NCBI GenBank assembly: GCA_963779805.1
Contig: CAVZZN010000016.1
Span: 304,584 to 368,583, forward strand
Source of the DNA: an uncultured beta proteobacterium
Lineage (GTDB): Bacteria; Pseudomonadota; Gammaproteobacteria; Burkholderiales; Casimicrobiaceae
DNA: 64,000 nucleotides
Direction of reading: 5' to 3'
This document shows, one piece after another, positions 49,242 through 60,071 of this stretch. Below the pieces are notes generated by a model. It had not been told where the DNA came from. It made no database searches and saw nothing but the letters and a program-made list of their open reading frames with translations. The number at the start of each line of letters is the position of its first letter. Positions within the stretch are counted from its first letter, which is position 1. A program made the position numbers and the translations under genes.

Positions 49242-50120
49242 TCACGCGTGCTCCACCTGTGTTTCGTGCGGCTCGACGTGAATGGTCACCGTCGCGTGCG
49301 CGAGGCGGCGAGCGATGCCCGCCTCCATGCGATCGCACAATGCGTGCGACTCCACGACCGACATCGCGCCCGGCACGGTGAGGTGGAACTCGATGAAGCG
49401 CCGTGCGCCCGCCTTGCGCGTGCGCAGGGCGTGGAAGCTTGCCGTGTGCGGCAGGTGCTCGCGGATCGCCTCCTCCGCCTTGCTGATCTCGGGCGCGGGA
49501 AGCGCTGCATCCATGAGACCGTCCGCGGAGCGCCGCAGCAGATGCACCCCGGTGAAGATGATGTGGATGCCGACCGCGACCGCCATGATCGGGTCGAGCA
49601 TCGCCCATTCGGGCTTGAGCATCACCACGACGAGCCCCGAGATCACGCCGACCGACGTCCACACGTCCGTCATGAGGTGATGCGCGTCCGCTTCGATGGT
49701 GATGCTGTCGTGCTGCTTGCCCACGCGCAGCATGATGCGCGACGTGGTGTAGTTCATCGCGCCGGCCAGCACGGCGACGAGGATGCCGGGGCCCAGGTGC
49801 TCGAGCGCCTGCGGTGCGAGGAAGCGCTGCAGAGCCGACCAGATGATCGAGATGGCCGCCACCAGGATCAGCGCGCCCTCGACGCCGCTCGAGAAGTACT
49901 CGGCCTTGTCGTGTCCGAACGCGTGGTTCTCGTCGGCCGGGCGCGCGGCGAGCGTGAGCGCACCGAGCGCCACGAGGCCGGCGGCGAGGTTCACCAGCGC
50001 TTCCAGCGCATCCGACCAGAGACTCACCGAGCCGGTCAGAAAGTACGCGCCGAACTTGAGCGCGAGCGTCGCGATCGACGTGGCGATCGAGAGCCACGCC
50101 ATGCGGGTCGTTGCGCGCAT
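49242..50120 (-). CDS. Cation diffusion facilitator (CDF) family metal efflux transporter
   Basis: ATG at 50120. The TM domain carries SVSLWSDALEALVN and HHLMTDVWTS. The cytoplasmic C-domain is FHALRTRKAGARRFIEFHLTV. Confidence 0.85.
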   Translation of the reverse strand: MRATTRMAWLSIATSIATLALKFGAYFLTGSVSLWSDALEALVNLAAGLVALGALTLAARPADENHAFGHDKAEYFSSGVEGALILVAAISIIWSALQRFLAPQALEHLGPGILVAVLAGAMNYTTSRIMLRVGKQHDSITIEADAHHLMTDVWTSVGVISGLVVVMLKPEWAMLDPIMAVAVGIHIIFTGVHLLRRSADGLMDAALPAPEISKAEEAIREHLPHTASFHALRTRKAGARRFIEFHLTVPGAMSVVESHALCDRMEAGIARRLAHATVTIHVEPHETQVEHA

Positions 50121-50122
50121 GC

Positions 50123-50788
50123 TCAGGCGTGCGGCGGCGGCTCGCCGGAATGCGCCGACTGGAGGATGGCGTCGGCGAGAACGGTCGCGGACTGCGCGCC
50201 GGATACGGCCAGCCTGCGATTGAAGATGAAGAACGGCACGCCGGTGATGCCGAGCTCTCGCGCGCGCCGATCCGCGGTGGCGATCGCGTCGATCCCCTCG
50301 CTGGAGGCGAGATGCGCGCGCGCCGCCCCGCCGTCGAGGCCCGCTTCCTGCGCAACGGCGACGAGCTCGTCGACGTCGCCGATGAAGCGACTCTCGAGGA
50401 AATGCGCTGCGAAGAGGCGCTCCATCAGCGCCGACGCGTCGTGCCCCGAGCCCTGCGCCCACGAGACGAGCCGATGCGCGTCGCGGGTGTTCGGCTGGCG
50501 GGCGATGCGCCCGAAGTCGAATTCGATCCCGACGGTTCGGCCCGCCTCGCGCACGTGATCGAACGTGCGCGAGGCGTCGCCGAACTTGGCTTCGAGATAC
50601 GCGCGCCGATCCATGCCTTGCGCGGGCAGGTCGGGGTTGAGCTGGAACGGATGCCAGCGCACGACGACCGATGAGGCCATCTCGCCGGGCAGTTGCGCGA
50701 GTGCGGCTTCGAGGCGCCGCTTGCCGATGAAGCACCACGGACACACGACGTCGGAGACGACGTCGACATAAGCGGAAGGGCTCGACAT
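50123..50788 (-). CDS. DsbA-family oxidoreductase (FrnE / 2-hydroxychromene-2-carboxylate-isomerase-like)
   Basis: ATG at 50788. A CPWC active site is present (VVSDVVCPWCFIGKRRLE), with GVPFFIF near the C-terminus. Confidence 0.8.
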   Translation of the reverse strand: MSSPSAYVDVVSDVVCPWCFIGKRRLEAALAQLPGEMASSVVVRWHPFQLNPDLPAQGMDRRAYLEAKFGDASRTFDHVREAGRTVGIEFDFGRIARQPNTRDAHRLVSWAQGSGHDASALMERLFAAHFLESRFIGDVDELVAVAQEAGLDGGAARAHLASSEGIDAIATADRRARELGITGVPFFIFNRRLAVSGAQSATVLADAILQSAHSGEPPPHA

Positions 50789-50909
50789 GGCTTGCGACTC
50801 GTGCGTGCGGCAGCAGCGCCTGCCGACATTATCGCGCGCCGGAGCGGTGGCCGTCGCGTGCGCGCAATAGACGCGATAATTCCGCCATGCCCGCCGCATC
50901 CGCGTTCCC

Positions 50910-52093
50910 GTGATCTCGCCGCCCTCGGCAACGTCCCCGTCGCCCGCGCCGGCGCGATGGGACCTCTTCTGCCGCGTCGTCGACAACTTCGGCGACGCGG
51001 GCATCGCGTGGCGTCTCGCGCGCGAGCTCGCGGACGAGCATGGCCTCGACGTGACGCTCTGGATCGACGAGCCCGCCGCCCTCGTCCGTCTCGTGCCCGG
51101 GCTCGCGCCGGATGCCGCGGACGGGCGACTCGCCCACGTTCGCGTGCGCCGCTGGCCCGTTGCGTGGCAGGAGGTGCCGGCGCCGGATGCGGTCGTGGAG
51201 ATGTTCGGGGCGGGCCTGCCCGAGGCCTACATTGCGGACCTGGGAGCGGCCGCCGCATCGCGTGGAGTGGTTCGTCCTCGAGTACCTCAGCGCGGAGCCG
51301 TGGGTCGACACGAGTCACGGCCTGCCCTCGCCGCATCCGCGCGTTGCGGTCCGACGGCGTTTCTGGTTCCCCGGCTTCACCGCGGGCACCGGCGGACTGC
51401 TGCGCGAGCGCGATCTGCTCGCCCGGCGCGACGCATTCGCGCGCGATGCCGCGGCACGGGCTGCGCTGTGGCGCGACCTGAACATCGCCCCGATCGAGCC
51501 CGGACTTTGCGTGTCGCTGTTCTGCTATCCGTCCGCGCCCGCGGTCGCGTTGCTCGACGCGTGGTCGCGCGGGGCGCAACCCGTCGTGTGCCTGCTGCCC
51601 GAGGGAATCGGGGGCGATGCCGTGCAGGCGTGGCTTGCCGCGACCGAGCGCGCGAGCGGCACCGTGTTCGGGTGCGGAGCGCTGACGGTGCACGTCGTTC
51701 CCTTCCTGCCGCAGGCGCGCTACGACGAGCTGCTGTGGGCCTGCGACTTCAACTTCGTGCGCGGCGAGGACTCGTTCGTGCGCGCGCAATGGGCTGCGCA
51801 CGCCTTCGCCTGGAACATCTACCCGCAGGCCGAACGCGCGCACGTGCCCAAGCTCGAGGCGTTCCTCGACCGCTACCTCGAGGGGTGCGATGCGCGGGCG
51901 GCGGAGGCTCTGCGCGGCTTCTGGCGCGCGTGGAACGGCATCGACGGCGCGGGCTCCGTCGCGGCGAGCGTGGGCGACGCTGCGGCCGTTGCTGCCGCCG
52001 CTTGCGGCCCATGCGGCGGCCTGGTCGCAGCGCCTCGCGACCCTGCCGGAGCTCGCCGCCGGCTTGGTCGCCGCTGCCGCGATCGGGGTATAA
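50910..52093 (+). CDS. earP: EF-P arginine-32 rhamnosyltransferase EarP (DUF2331); frame breaks near 51255 and 51965
   Basis: The N-terminal RWDLFCRVVDNFGDAGIAWRLAREL and the later FVLEYLSAEPW and NFVRGEDSFVRAQWA are family hallmarks. The start is GTG at 50910. The gene lies directly upstream of efp. Confidence 0.8.
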
Positions 52094-52204
52094 TCGAGGG
52101 CTTTTTCGGCTTCGCGTGAAGCCGCACGAAACCCACCGCCAGCGGGTCCACGGCCGCTGCAAGAGGCGCGCGAGGCCACGGCGGACACTCTCTCAGGTGC
52201 AGCG

Positions 52205-52760
52205 ATGAAAACCGCGCAAGAACTGCGTGCCGGCAACGTGATCATGGTCGGCAAGGATCCGATGGTCGTGCAGAAGGCCGAGTTCAACAAGTCCGGCCGG
52301 AACGCCTCCGTCGTGAAGATGAAGCTCAAGAACCTGCTCACCGGCTCCGGCACGGAGACGGTGTACCGCGCCGACGAGAAGTTCGACACGGTGCAGCTCG
52401 AGAAGAAGGAAGTCACGTACTCGTACTTCGCCGATCCCATGTACGTGTTCATGGACGCCGAGTTCAACCAGCACGAGGTCGAGCAGGACAACATGACCGA
52501 CGCCCTGCCCTATCTGGACGACGGCCTGCCGTGCGAGCTCACCTTCTACGAAGGCAAGGCGATCTCCGTCGAGCTGCCCGAATTCCGTGGTGCGCGAGAT
52601 CACCTACACCGAGCCCGCCGTGCGCGGCGATACGTCGGGCAAGGTGCTCAAGCCCGCGAAGATCGCCAGCGGCTTCGACGTGCAGGTGCCGCTGTTCGTC
52701 GAAACCGGCGACAAGATCGAGATCGACACGCGCACGGGCGAGTATCGCCGGCGCGTATAG
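52205..52760 (+). CDS. efp: Elongation factor P (Arg32 type); frame broken near 52583
   Basis: In [44 protein letters not shown], the loop residue 32 is Arg. The C-terminal [25 protein letters not shown]...TGEYRRRV lies in another frame. The break is repaired by removing one C from ctgCCCgaa. Confidence 0.9.
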
Positions 52761-52813
52761 GCGCTGCTGCCCGACGGTCGGGCGCAACCCGGCGCGACCG
52801 CTGCTGCACACCT

Positions 52814-52872
52814 GACGGGCACCGCGACGGTGCCCGTCGTGCTTTCCGGCCGCGCGGCTTCTACGCGCGGCC
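52814..52872. terminator. Two GC-rich hairpins between convergent efp and regA
   Basis: The first stem, gacgggcacc / ggtgcccgtc, is 10 bp with loop gcgac and is followed by gtgcttt. The second stem is ggccgcgcg / cgcgcggcc, 9 bp. Confidence 0.5.
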
Positions 52873-52892
52873 GAGGGGCACCAACCCTCCAC

Positions 52893-53441
52893 TCAGGCGC
52901 GCGCGGGGTGCTTGCGCAGCTTGCGCTGCAGCGTGCGCCGATGCATCGACAGCGCGCGAGCCGTGGCCGACACGTTGTCGTTGTTCTCGCGCAGCACGCG
53001 CTGGATGTGCTCCCACTCCAGGCGCTCGACCGACATCGGCTTCGCCGGGATCGGCACCGAGTCGTCGCCGCCTTCGCGCTGCAGCGCGGCGACCACCTCG
53101 TCCGCATCGACGGGCTTGGTGAGGTAGTAGCTCGCGCCGAGCTTGACCGCCTCGACGGCGGTGGGAATGCTGCCGTGCCCGGTCAGCACGACCACGCGCA
53201 TCTTCGGCGAGATCGTCTTGAGCGCGGTGATGAGCTTGAGACCCGACTGGTCGGGCAGCCGCAGGTCCACCACGGCGAACTCGGGTGTCGACGCCTCCGC
53301 AAGCGCGATCGCATCGCGCGAGGTATGCGCGGTCCGCACGGCGTAGCCACGCGCCTCGAAGGCCCGCCCGAGCACTTCGCACAGCATCTCGTCGTCATCG
53401 ACCAACAGCAGGTTCCTGCCCGGGAGTTTCGTGTTTTCCAT
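52893..53441 (-). CDS. regA: Redox response regulator of the RegA/PrrA/ActR/RoxR family
   Basis: ATG at 53441. A receiver domain (LLLVDDD...AVVDLRLPD...[18 protein letters not shown]) is followed by a short Fis-type HTH ([20 protein letters not shown]). The protein is 182 aa. Confidence 0.85.
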   Translation of the reverse strand: MENTKLPGRNLLLVDDDEMLCEVLGRAFEARGYAVRTAHTSRDAIALAEASTPEFAVVDLRLPDQSGLKLITALKTISPKMRVVVLTGHGSIPTAVEAVKLGASYYLTKPVDADEVVAALQREGGDDSVPIPAKPMSVERLEWEHIQRVLRENNDNVSATARALSMHRRTLQRKLRKHPARA

Positions 53442-53449
53442 GGCGTCTC

Positions 53450-54848
53450 TCAGTGGGTGTTGCGTTGAAGGCTCGAAAGCGGGACGCGCAACTCGGCTCG
53501 CGCGCCGCCTTCGGGTTGGTTGGACCAGGTCACGGTGCCGCCGAGGCGCGCGACCGTGGACGCGGTGAGCATGAGCCCCAGGCCGGTGCCCTTGCCGGGC
53601 GGCTTGGTGGTGAAGAACGTGCGGCCCAGTCGCCCCAGCGTCTCGGGCGGGATGCCGCTGCCGCGATCGGCCACGACGAGGCGCAGGTGCGTGGGGTTGC
53701 ATTCCAGGCTCATGAGCACGTATTCGGGGGACGCATCCGCCGCGTTGTTGAGCAGCACCAGCACCGCCTGGGCGAAGCCCGGGTCGGCCGCGATCGTGGG
53801 CGCCGGCGTCGCGCATTGCGAGCGGGTCTCGAGGTGCACGCCCGGGCGCATCGTCCGGAAGCGCTCCGCGAGCTCCTCGAAGACGCGGTCCACGGACTGG
53901 ACCTTGTCGTCCTCGAGGCGCGCCTGTCCCGCGGCGGCGCGCAGGTGCAGGAGCGCCTCCTTGCACGCCGCGATCTGGGCGGCGAGGATCCTGGCATCGC
54001 GCGCGTAATCGACGTTGGCACCTTCGCGCTGCCATTCCTTCACCACCACCGACATCGTCGTGAGCGGCGTGCTGAGCTCGTGCGCCGCACCCGCCGCGAT
54101 GGTGCCTATGCGCAGCATCGCCTCGTCGTTGAGCGCCTTGCGGGCGGCCTCGGCGAGCAGCAGCTGATGCGCCTGCAAGGCCGCGCTCGCGCGCGAGACG
54201 AACCACGCGATCATGGCGGTGGAGATCAGGAATGCCACCCAGCGGCCGGCCTTGATCCACAGCGGCGGTATGGCGCTGCCGTCCTCGAGCTCGAGGGGCA
54301 GGCCGTAGTGCAGGCACAGCCACCAGCCCGCGATGACGACGAGCGTGCCGATCAGCGCGAGCCGCGGCGGCAGCAGCAATGCGACCAGCGCGACGTGCAG
54401 CAGATACAGCATCACGAACGGATTCGACGTGCCTCCCGACAGCAGGAGCAGCGCGGTGACGATGCCGATGTCGAACGCGAGGTTGCCGAGCACTTCGGCG
54501 TGCGTCGCGCGCGTGCCCAGACGCAGCCTGCGCAGCATCCAGACGTTCGCGACGACGAGCGCGAGCACGAATCCGCTCATCGGCGCGAGTGGCAAGCTCA
54601 CGCCGTTCAAGTACGCGATCGCGATCGCGGTCACCTGACCCGACGATGGCAATCGTGCGCAGGTGCTGCAGCTGCCGCAGGCTCGCGAGCGCGACACCCG
54701 ATGTCTCGGCGCGGCGAGCTGTCGTATCCGCGGGCACGAGCGCTTCTGCAGGCAAGGTCGTGTCTGCAGACGACGTGCGCTCGCCCGGTGCCGCATCGGC
54801 AGCGGTGCGCTCGGCGCTGGTGATTCGCAATGCGGACGGGTTGCCCAT
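53450..54848 (-). CDS. regB: Redox sensor histidine kinase of the RegB/PrrB/ActS/RoxS family; frame broken near 54640
   Basis: The membrane domain carries GGTSNPF, matching the GGXXNPF quinone-site heptapeptide known for RegB. The H-box AAHELSTPL and the G-boxes DRGSGI and GKGTGLGL are present. The N-terminus from ATG 54848 lies in the ORF 52893..54920 frame. Confidence 0.8.
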
Positions 54849-55236
54849 GACCTTGATTTGTTGTCGCGACGGATTGCGTTGCGCCGCGCGGCACGGTGTC
54901 GCGATCATTGTGCGCGACATTGCATGTCACGCCTTGCGATTAAGCAAGAAAACCGCACCCGCCGCAGGCTGGACGAAATGCCTTCCCCAGTCTGGGTACG
55001 AGTATTGCGTACGTCACTGGCGGCAAGGAACGTTATATGCGACTATTTGCCGCATAACCGGCAGCCGGCCCGGAGGGTTCGGCTCGGCCGCAGGAGGGCC
55101 ACCGGTGGTCGTCGGGTGCTCTCGCTCGTGCCGCGACGCCGTGAGCGCGGCGGTGTCGACCGGCAGCGCTCGAAGCGCGCCGCGGTCGCGCGCATCCCGA
55201 TCGCCGTCGCTGCTGCGCGCGAGGAGCGAAGAACCC

Positions 55237-55262
55237 AAAAAAAGCCGGCTCGGTGGCCGGCT
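55237..55262 (-). terminator. Rho-independent terminator of the cytochrome c gene
   Basis: On the minus strand, the hairpin agccggc / gccggct is followed by TTTTTTT. It lies 25 nt after the stop. Confidence 0.75.
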
Positions 55263-55286
55263 TTTCGGTGCAACGGACGACGCGCT

Positions 55287-55595
55287 CTACTTGATGTCGT
55301 CGACGATCCAGTTGACGAGCTTCGTGACGTCTTCCTTGCTCGCCTTCACCTTCATGTGACCCTTGCCGGTCGTGAGCTTGGTGACGAGGCCTTCCTTGAA
55401 TTCCTTCTTCTTGGCCGCATCGGCCGGCGCCTTGGCGCCGACGTCCTTGAACGCCGGACCGACCTTCTTCGTGTTCACGTCGTGGCACGACGTGCAGCCG
55501 CTCGCCTTCATCAGTGCCGATTCGTCCGCCGCGAGTGCCGCGCCTGCCGACACCATCGCCACACCTGCCGCCAGAGCGACTACGATCGATTTCAT
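55287..55595 (-). CDS. Small soluble class I c-type cytochrome (c551/c552-like)
   Basis: GGAAGGAG precedes the ATG at 55595. A signal peptide is followed by a single CTSCH heme motif and a distal Met (KGHMKV). The protein is 102 aa. Confidence 0.85.
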   Translation of the reverse strand: MKSIVVALAAGVAMVSAGAALAADESALMKASGCTSCHDVNTKKVGPAFKDVGAKAPADAAKKKEFKEGLVTKLTTGKGHMKVKASKEDVTKLVNWIVDDIK

Positions 55596-55729
55596 TGCTT
55601 GCTCCTTCCTTTGTTGGACCCTTCCCGGGCATTGACACGGCCGCGAATTCTGCTCGCGGCGCGACTATTAACGGGCGATGCGGCGCGGCGTTGACGCCGC
55701 AGCGTGCCGCCCGTCGACTGGATGCGAAT

Positions 55730-57503
55730 TCACGGTGATGGCACGGGGCATGCCGTCGTATCGACCTTGCCGGTGTCGCTGCGCGACGACGGTACGAGCC
55801 GGCGATGCAGTGCGAGGTGGGGTGGCGTGCGCGAGCGCGGGACCTTCGCGACGAAGTTGTAACGCGCCACGTGATAGCTCGGGTCGAAACCGTAGAAGTT
55901 GAGCTTCATGTGCCGCAACTCCTCCTCCCGGTAGGACGCGAGCGGCTTCACCGCTTCGTCCTGCGCGCGACGCGCATTGCGCGCGGCGAGCCGGGCCGCG
56001 AAATCCGGCGCGCCGGCAAGAGCTCCCGCACGCAGGCGCACCTTCGCCATGAACGCCTCGCGCGAGGCGCCGAAATGCGCGTCGACCATGCCGAGCCGGA
56101 CCGCCTGCTCGGCGCCGATCGGCAGCCGGTTGTCCACGATGCTGCGCACGCGTTGCGGCGACACCCGCCGCGGGAGCAGGTAGGTCCAGTACTCCGAGCC
56201 GTACAGGTTGCCCATGCCCCTGTAATGCGGATTGAGCACGATGCCGCTGCGCGCATAGACGTGGTCCGCCGCGAGCGCGAGGAACGCGCCGCCCGCGCCT
56301 GCGTTGCCCCGCATCGCGGCGATCGTGAGCTGCGCATCGGTGCAGACGATGTCGCGCACGAGGTCGTTCATGGCGTTGATGTTGCGCCACGACTCCTCGG
56401 CCGGATGCGCGTGCGCCTCGATGAGATTGAGATGGATGCCGTTGGACCAGAAGTCCTCGCCCCCGGTGAGCACGATCACCCGCGTGGGCCGCGAGCGCGC
56501 GTGCGCATAGGCGCAGCGCAGGCGCTCGCAATGCGAGGTGCCCATCGCGCCGTTGTAGAACGGGAAGTGCAGGTAGCCGACGGCGCCGTCCTCCTCGTAG
56601 ACGATGTCCCGCCAGGTCGCCGCGTTCGCGCCGGCTTCCGGCGCGAGCGGCATCTCCGGCACGCCGTTCAACCGTTGCCCGAGCACCATCGCCGCCGGCA
56701 GCTTGAACGCGGCCGGATCGCCGTCCGCGCGCTTCAGATGCGTGATCCACACGGCAGCCGTCGCGCGTCGCACGGCACACCGCACCGGCGCGCTGGGCGA
56801 TCGGCGTCCCGGGTGATACGTTTTTCGGCGGGCGCAGTATCGCTTCGGGATGGGCGTCGAACAGCAGGCAGGCGAGTCCGGCGATCTCGTCGCGCACGCC
56901 GGGGACGCCGTCGGCGGCCTGCACCTTGCGCACGATGGCCGCGGTGTCGTCGCGCTGCCAGTCGATCGCCCGATCGGCCTGGCGCACGGGCGGACGCCAC
57001 CGGCCGCGCACGCCGGGGCGCGCGTGATCCTGCGGGCGCGGCGCGCCCCCGCTGCGGATGGAGTCCAGGGTCCGGCACACGGCTTCGACGGCGGCCTCCG
57101 TGACCTCGTTGCGATACAGGCTCGCCTTGCTGCCGTATCGCATCGGGAATTCTACGCTTGCCCAGACGGGACCGGCGTCCATCTCGCCGGTGGCTTCGAG
57201 CACCGTCACACCCCAGCGCGCCTCGCCTTCCATGACGGCCCAGTCGAGGGCCGACGGGCCGCGGTCGCCTTCGATGCCCGGGTGCACGACGAGGCAGCGC
57301 CGCGTCTGCCACACCGACGCCGGGATGGCGCGCTTCAGGAAGGGCGCGATCACGACCTCGGGCCGATACAGCGCGACGGCCTCTTCCGTGATGCGATCGT
57401 TGATGTCGAACTCGATCGCGACCTCGTGACCCCGCGCCGTGAGCTCGACGAACAGCCGTTGCGCGAGGCTGTTGAACGCGTGGGTGAGGAACAGGATGCG
57501 CAC
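55730..57503 (-). CDS. hypX: Hydrogenase maturation factor HypX/HoxX; frame broken near 56780
   Basis: GTG at 57503. The N-terminal formyltransferase-like module (RILFLTHAFNSLAQRLFVELTARGHEV) lies in the ORF 55668..58985 frame. The C-terminal crotonase-like module (VIVLTGGEDFWSNGIHLN, GNAGAGGAFLALAADH) lies in ORF 55730..56785. Confidence 0.8.
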
Positions 57504-57511
57504 GGCGGCCT

Positions 57512-58559
57512 TCAGCAGATGCGCGGCAGCTGCTCGCCGGTGAGCCAGTCCACCACGCGCCGGCCGCCGAAGCTCGTGTCCATCTGCACGAAGCAGTGCG
57601 GGTCCGCGGTGACTTCGCCGATCATCGCGGCCTCGCGCCCGAGCGGATGCGCACGCATGGCCGCGAGCAGCGCCTGCGCGTGCTCGGGGGCGCAGATCGC
57701 CACCAGCTTGCCTTCGTTGGCGACGTAGAGCGGATCGAGGCCGAGGAACTCGCACGCGGCGTGCACCTGCGGTCGCACCGGAATGTCGGCTTCGCGAATC
57801 AGCATCCCGCAGCCCGACTGGCGGGCGAGCTCGTTGAGCGTCGTCGCGAGACCGCCGCGCGTGGGGTCGCGCAGGCAGTGCAGTTGCGGCACGGCCTCGA
57901 CCATCGCCGCCACGAGGCCGTTGAGCGATGCCGTATCCGACTCGATGGTGGTCTCGAAGGACAGGTTCTCCCGCATGCGACATGATCGCGACCCCGTGGT
58001 CGCCGAGCGTCCCGTTCACGAGGATGCGATCGCCCGGTCGCGCCCGATCGCCGGAGATGTCCACGCCCTCCGGCACGATGCCCACGCCGGTGGTGGTGAT
58101 GAACACGCCGTCGCCTTTCCCCTGCTCCACCACCTTCGTGTCGCCCGTGATCACCGCGACCCCGGCGTCGCGCGCGGCGGCGGCCATCGATTCGACGATC
58201 CGCTTCAGATCGGCGAGCGGAAAGCCTTCCTCCAGCACGAACCCCGCCGCGAGATACAGCGGCCGCGCACCCGACATGGCGACGTCGTTCACCGTGCCGT
58301 GCACCGACAGGCTGCCGATGTCGCCGCCCGGGAAGAACAGCGGCGAGACGACGTGGCTGTCGGTGGCCATCACCATGCGCCCCGCGTCGACCGCGAAGCG
58401 CGCCTGGTCGTTGTGCTGGCGCAGCCATTCGTTGTCGAAGGCGCGCAGGAACAGCTCCTCGATGAGCTGCGCCATCGCCCGGCCGCCCGCGCCGTGGGTC
58501 ATGTCCACACGGCCGTGCCGGAAGTCCATCGGCCGGACGTAGTCCTTGCGAGCGTTCAT
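57512..58559 (-). CDS. hypE: Hydrogenase maturation protein HypE; frame broken near 57975
   Basis: ATG at 58559 (…MTHGAGGRAMAQLIEELF...). The fold is PurM-like, and the invariant C-terminal PRIC is present in ORF 57512..57976. Confidence 0.9.
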
Positions 58560-58629
58560 GGTCGAGGCGATCGGGCGCAGAGGGGTACGAGTTCCATGCT
58601 CGCGAGGCGATCGTCGCGCGCCCGGGCCA

Positions 58630-59757
58630 TCACGTCGCGTCCGCAAAGCGGCCGTAAGTGTAGTGCGCGGCGCACGCCCCTTCGGAAGAGACCATGCACG
58701 AGCCGAGGGGATGCTCCGGCGTGCAGGCGGTCCCGAAGACCCTGCACTCGGTCGGCTGCTTGACGCCCCGCAGGATCGCACCGCACTCGCAGGCCTTGTG
58801 GTCGGGCACGCAGCGGTAGGTGATGCCGTAGCGCGCCTCGGCGTCGAACGCGCGATAGCGTTCCTTGATCCGCAGCGCGCTGTACGGCACCTCGCCCAGG
58901 CCCCGCCACTCGAACGTGCGCCGGAGCTCGAACACGTCGGCGACGACCGACTTGGCGTGCACGTTGCCATCGCGCGTGACGGCACGCGTGAACTCGTTCT
59001 CCACTTCCGCCCGATGCTCGTTGAGCTGCCGCACGAGCATCAGGATCGCCTGCATGACGTCGAGCGGCTCGAAGCCCGCGATCACCACGGGCCGCTGGTA
59101 CTCCGCCGCGAAGTATTCGTAGGGCTGGCTCCCGATCACGGTGCTCACGTGCGCGGGGCCGATGAAGCCGTCGAGCGGCACGATCCCCAGCTCGCGCACT
59201 TCCGGCGACTCGAGGATGTGCGCGATGGCCGAAGGCGTGAGCACGTGATTGCAGAACACGCTGAAATTCGCGAGGCCCTCGGCTTCCGCCGCGCGGATCG
59301 CGAGCGCCGTCGGGGGTGTGGTCGTCTCGAATCCGATCGCGAAGAACACCACCTCGCGTTCCGGGCTCTCGCGCGCGATGCGCAGCGCATCGGCGCTCGA
59401 GTACACCATCCGCACGTCGCCGCCCTGCGCCTTCGCCTTGAACAGCGACAGCCCCTTCGACGCCGGAACGCGCATCGTGTCGGCGTACGTGCACAGGATG
59501 AGTCCGGGCCGGAGCGCGAGCTCGATCGCATTGTCGATGCGTCCGATCGGCAGCACGCACACCGGGCAGCCGGGGCCGTGGATCATGCGCACGTTGCGCG
59601 GCAGCAGGTCCTTGATGCCGTAGCGCGAGATGGCATGCGTGTGCCCGCCGCAGAACTCCATCAGGTTGTAGCTGCGCTGCGGATCGGCTTCGGCGTGCAC
59701 GGCCGCGGCGAGCTGCCGTGCCACGGTGCCGTCGCGGAATTCGTCGACGTACTTCAC
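58630..59757 (-). CDS. hypD: Hydrogenase maturation protein HypD
   Basis: The GTG at 59757 (VKYVDEFRD) overlaps the hypC stop. Motifs present are CGGHTH, GPGCPVCV, and FETTTP. Confidence 0.9.
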   Translation of the reverse strand: MKYVDEFRDGTVARQLAAAVHAEADPQRSYNLMEFCGGHTHAISRYGIKDLLPRNVRMIHGPGCPVCVLPIGRIDNAIELALRPGLILCTYADTMRVPASKGLSLFKAKAQGGDVRMVYSSADALRIARESPEREVVFFAIGFETTTPPTALAIRAAEAEGLANFSVFCNHVLTPSAIAHILESPEVRELGIVPLDGFIGPAHVSTVIGSQPYEYFAAEYQRPVVIAGFEPLDVMQAILMLVRQLNEHRAEVENEFTRAVTRDGNVHAKSVVADVFELRRTFEWRGLGEVPYSALRIKERYRAFDAEARYGITYRCVPDHKACECGAILRGVKQPTECRVFGTACTPEHPLGSCMVSSEGACAAHYTYGRFADAT

Positions 59758-59988
59758 GCGCCATCCTGCGCGACGAGGCCGGCGCTCGCGAAGAGCTCCA
59801 GCGTGCGCTGCGCCTCCTCCGGGTCGAGCTTCGAGAGCGCATAGCCCACGTGCACGATCACGTAGTCGCCGGGCACGGCGTCGGGCACGAGCGCGAGCGA
59901 GATGACCTTGCGCACGCCGCCGAGGTCGATCACGGCGTCGTCGCGCGTCGCGGCGCTCGACGATGCGTGCGGGAATGGCAAGGCACAT
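59754..59988 (-). CDS. hypC: Hydrogenase maturation chaperone HypC; frame broken near 59955
   Basis: The N-terminal MCLAIPARIVE is followed, in another frame, by AATRDDAVIDLGGVRKVISLALVPDAVPGDYVIVHVGYALSKLD. Confidence 0.85.
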
Positions 59989-60071
59989 GTCAGGGGCGCC
60001 CGGCCGCCCGAAGCCGCTGACAAGCCCCCTTGGGGGGAGCGAGCGGAGCGAGTTCGGGGAAACGTTTCATT

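Noticed and set aside
50886-50912. An ATG at 50886 as an alternative earP start (MPAASAFP).
   Set aside because: It runs into TGA after eight codons in the sequence as given. It could be the true start only if yet another indel is assumed, so I kept the in-frame GTG at 50910.
52893-54848. The two-component pair next to the hyp genes might be the hydrogenase regulators HoxA/HoxJ (HupR/HupT).
   Set aside because: The regulator is only 182 aa, with a receiver plus a short Fis-type HTH and no sigma54 AAA+ module. The kinase is polytopic with the GGXXNPF motif. This fits RegB/RegA (PrrBA/ActSR/RoxSR), not the soluble HoxJ and the NtrC-type HoxA.
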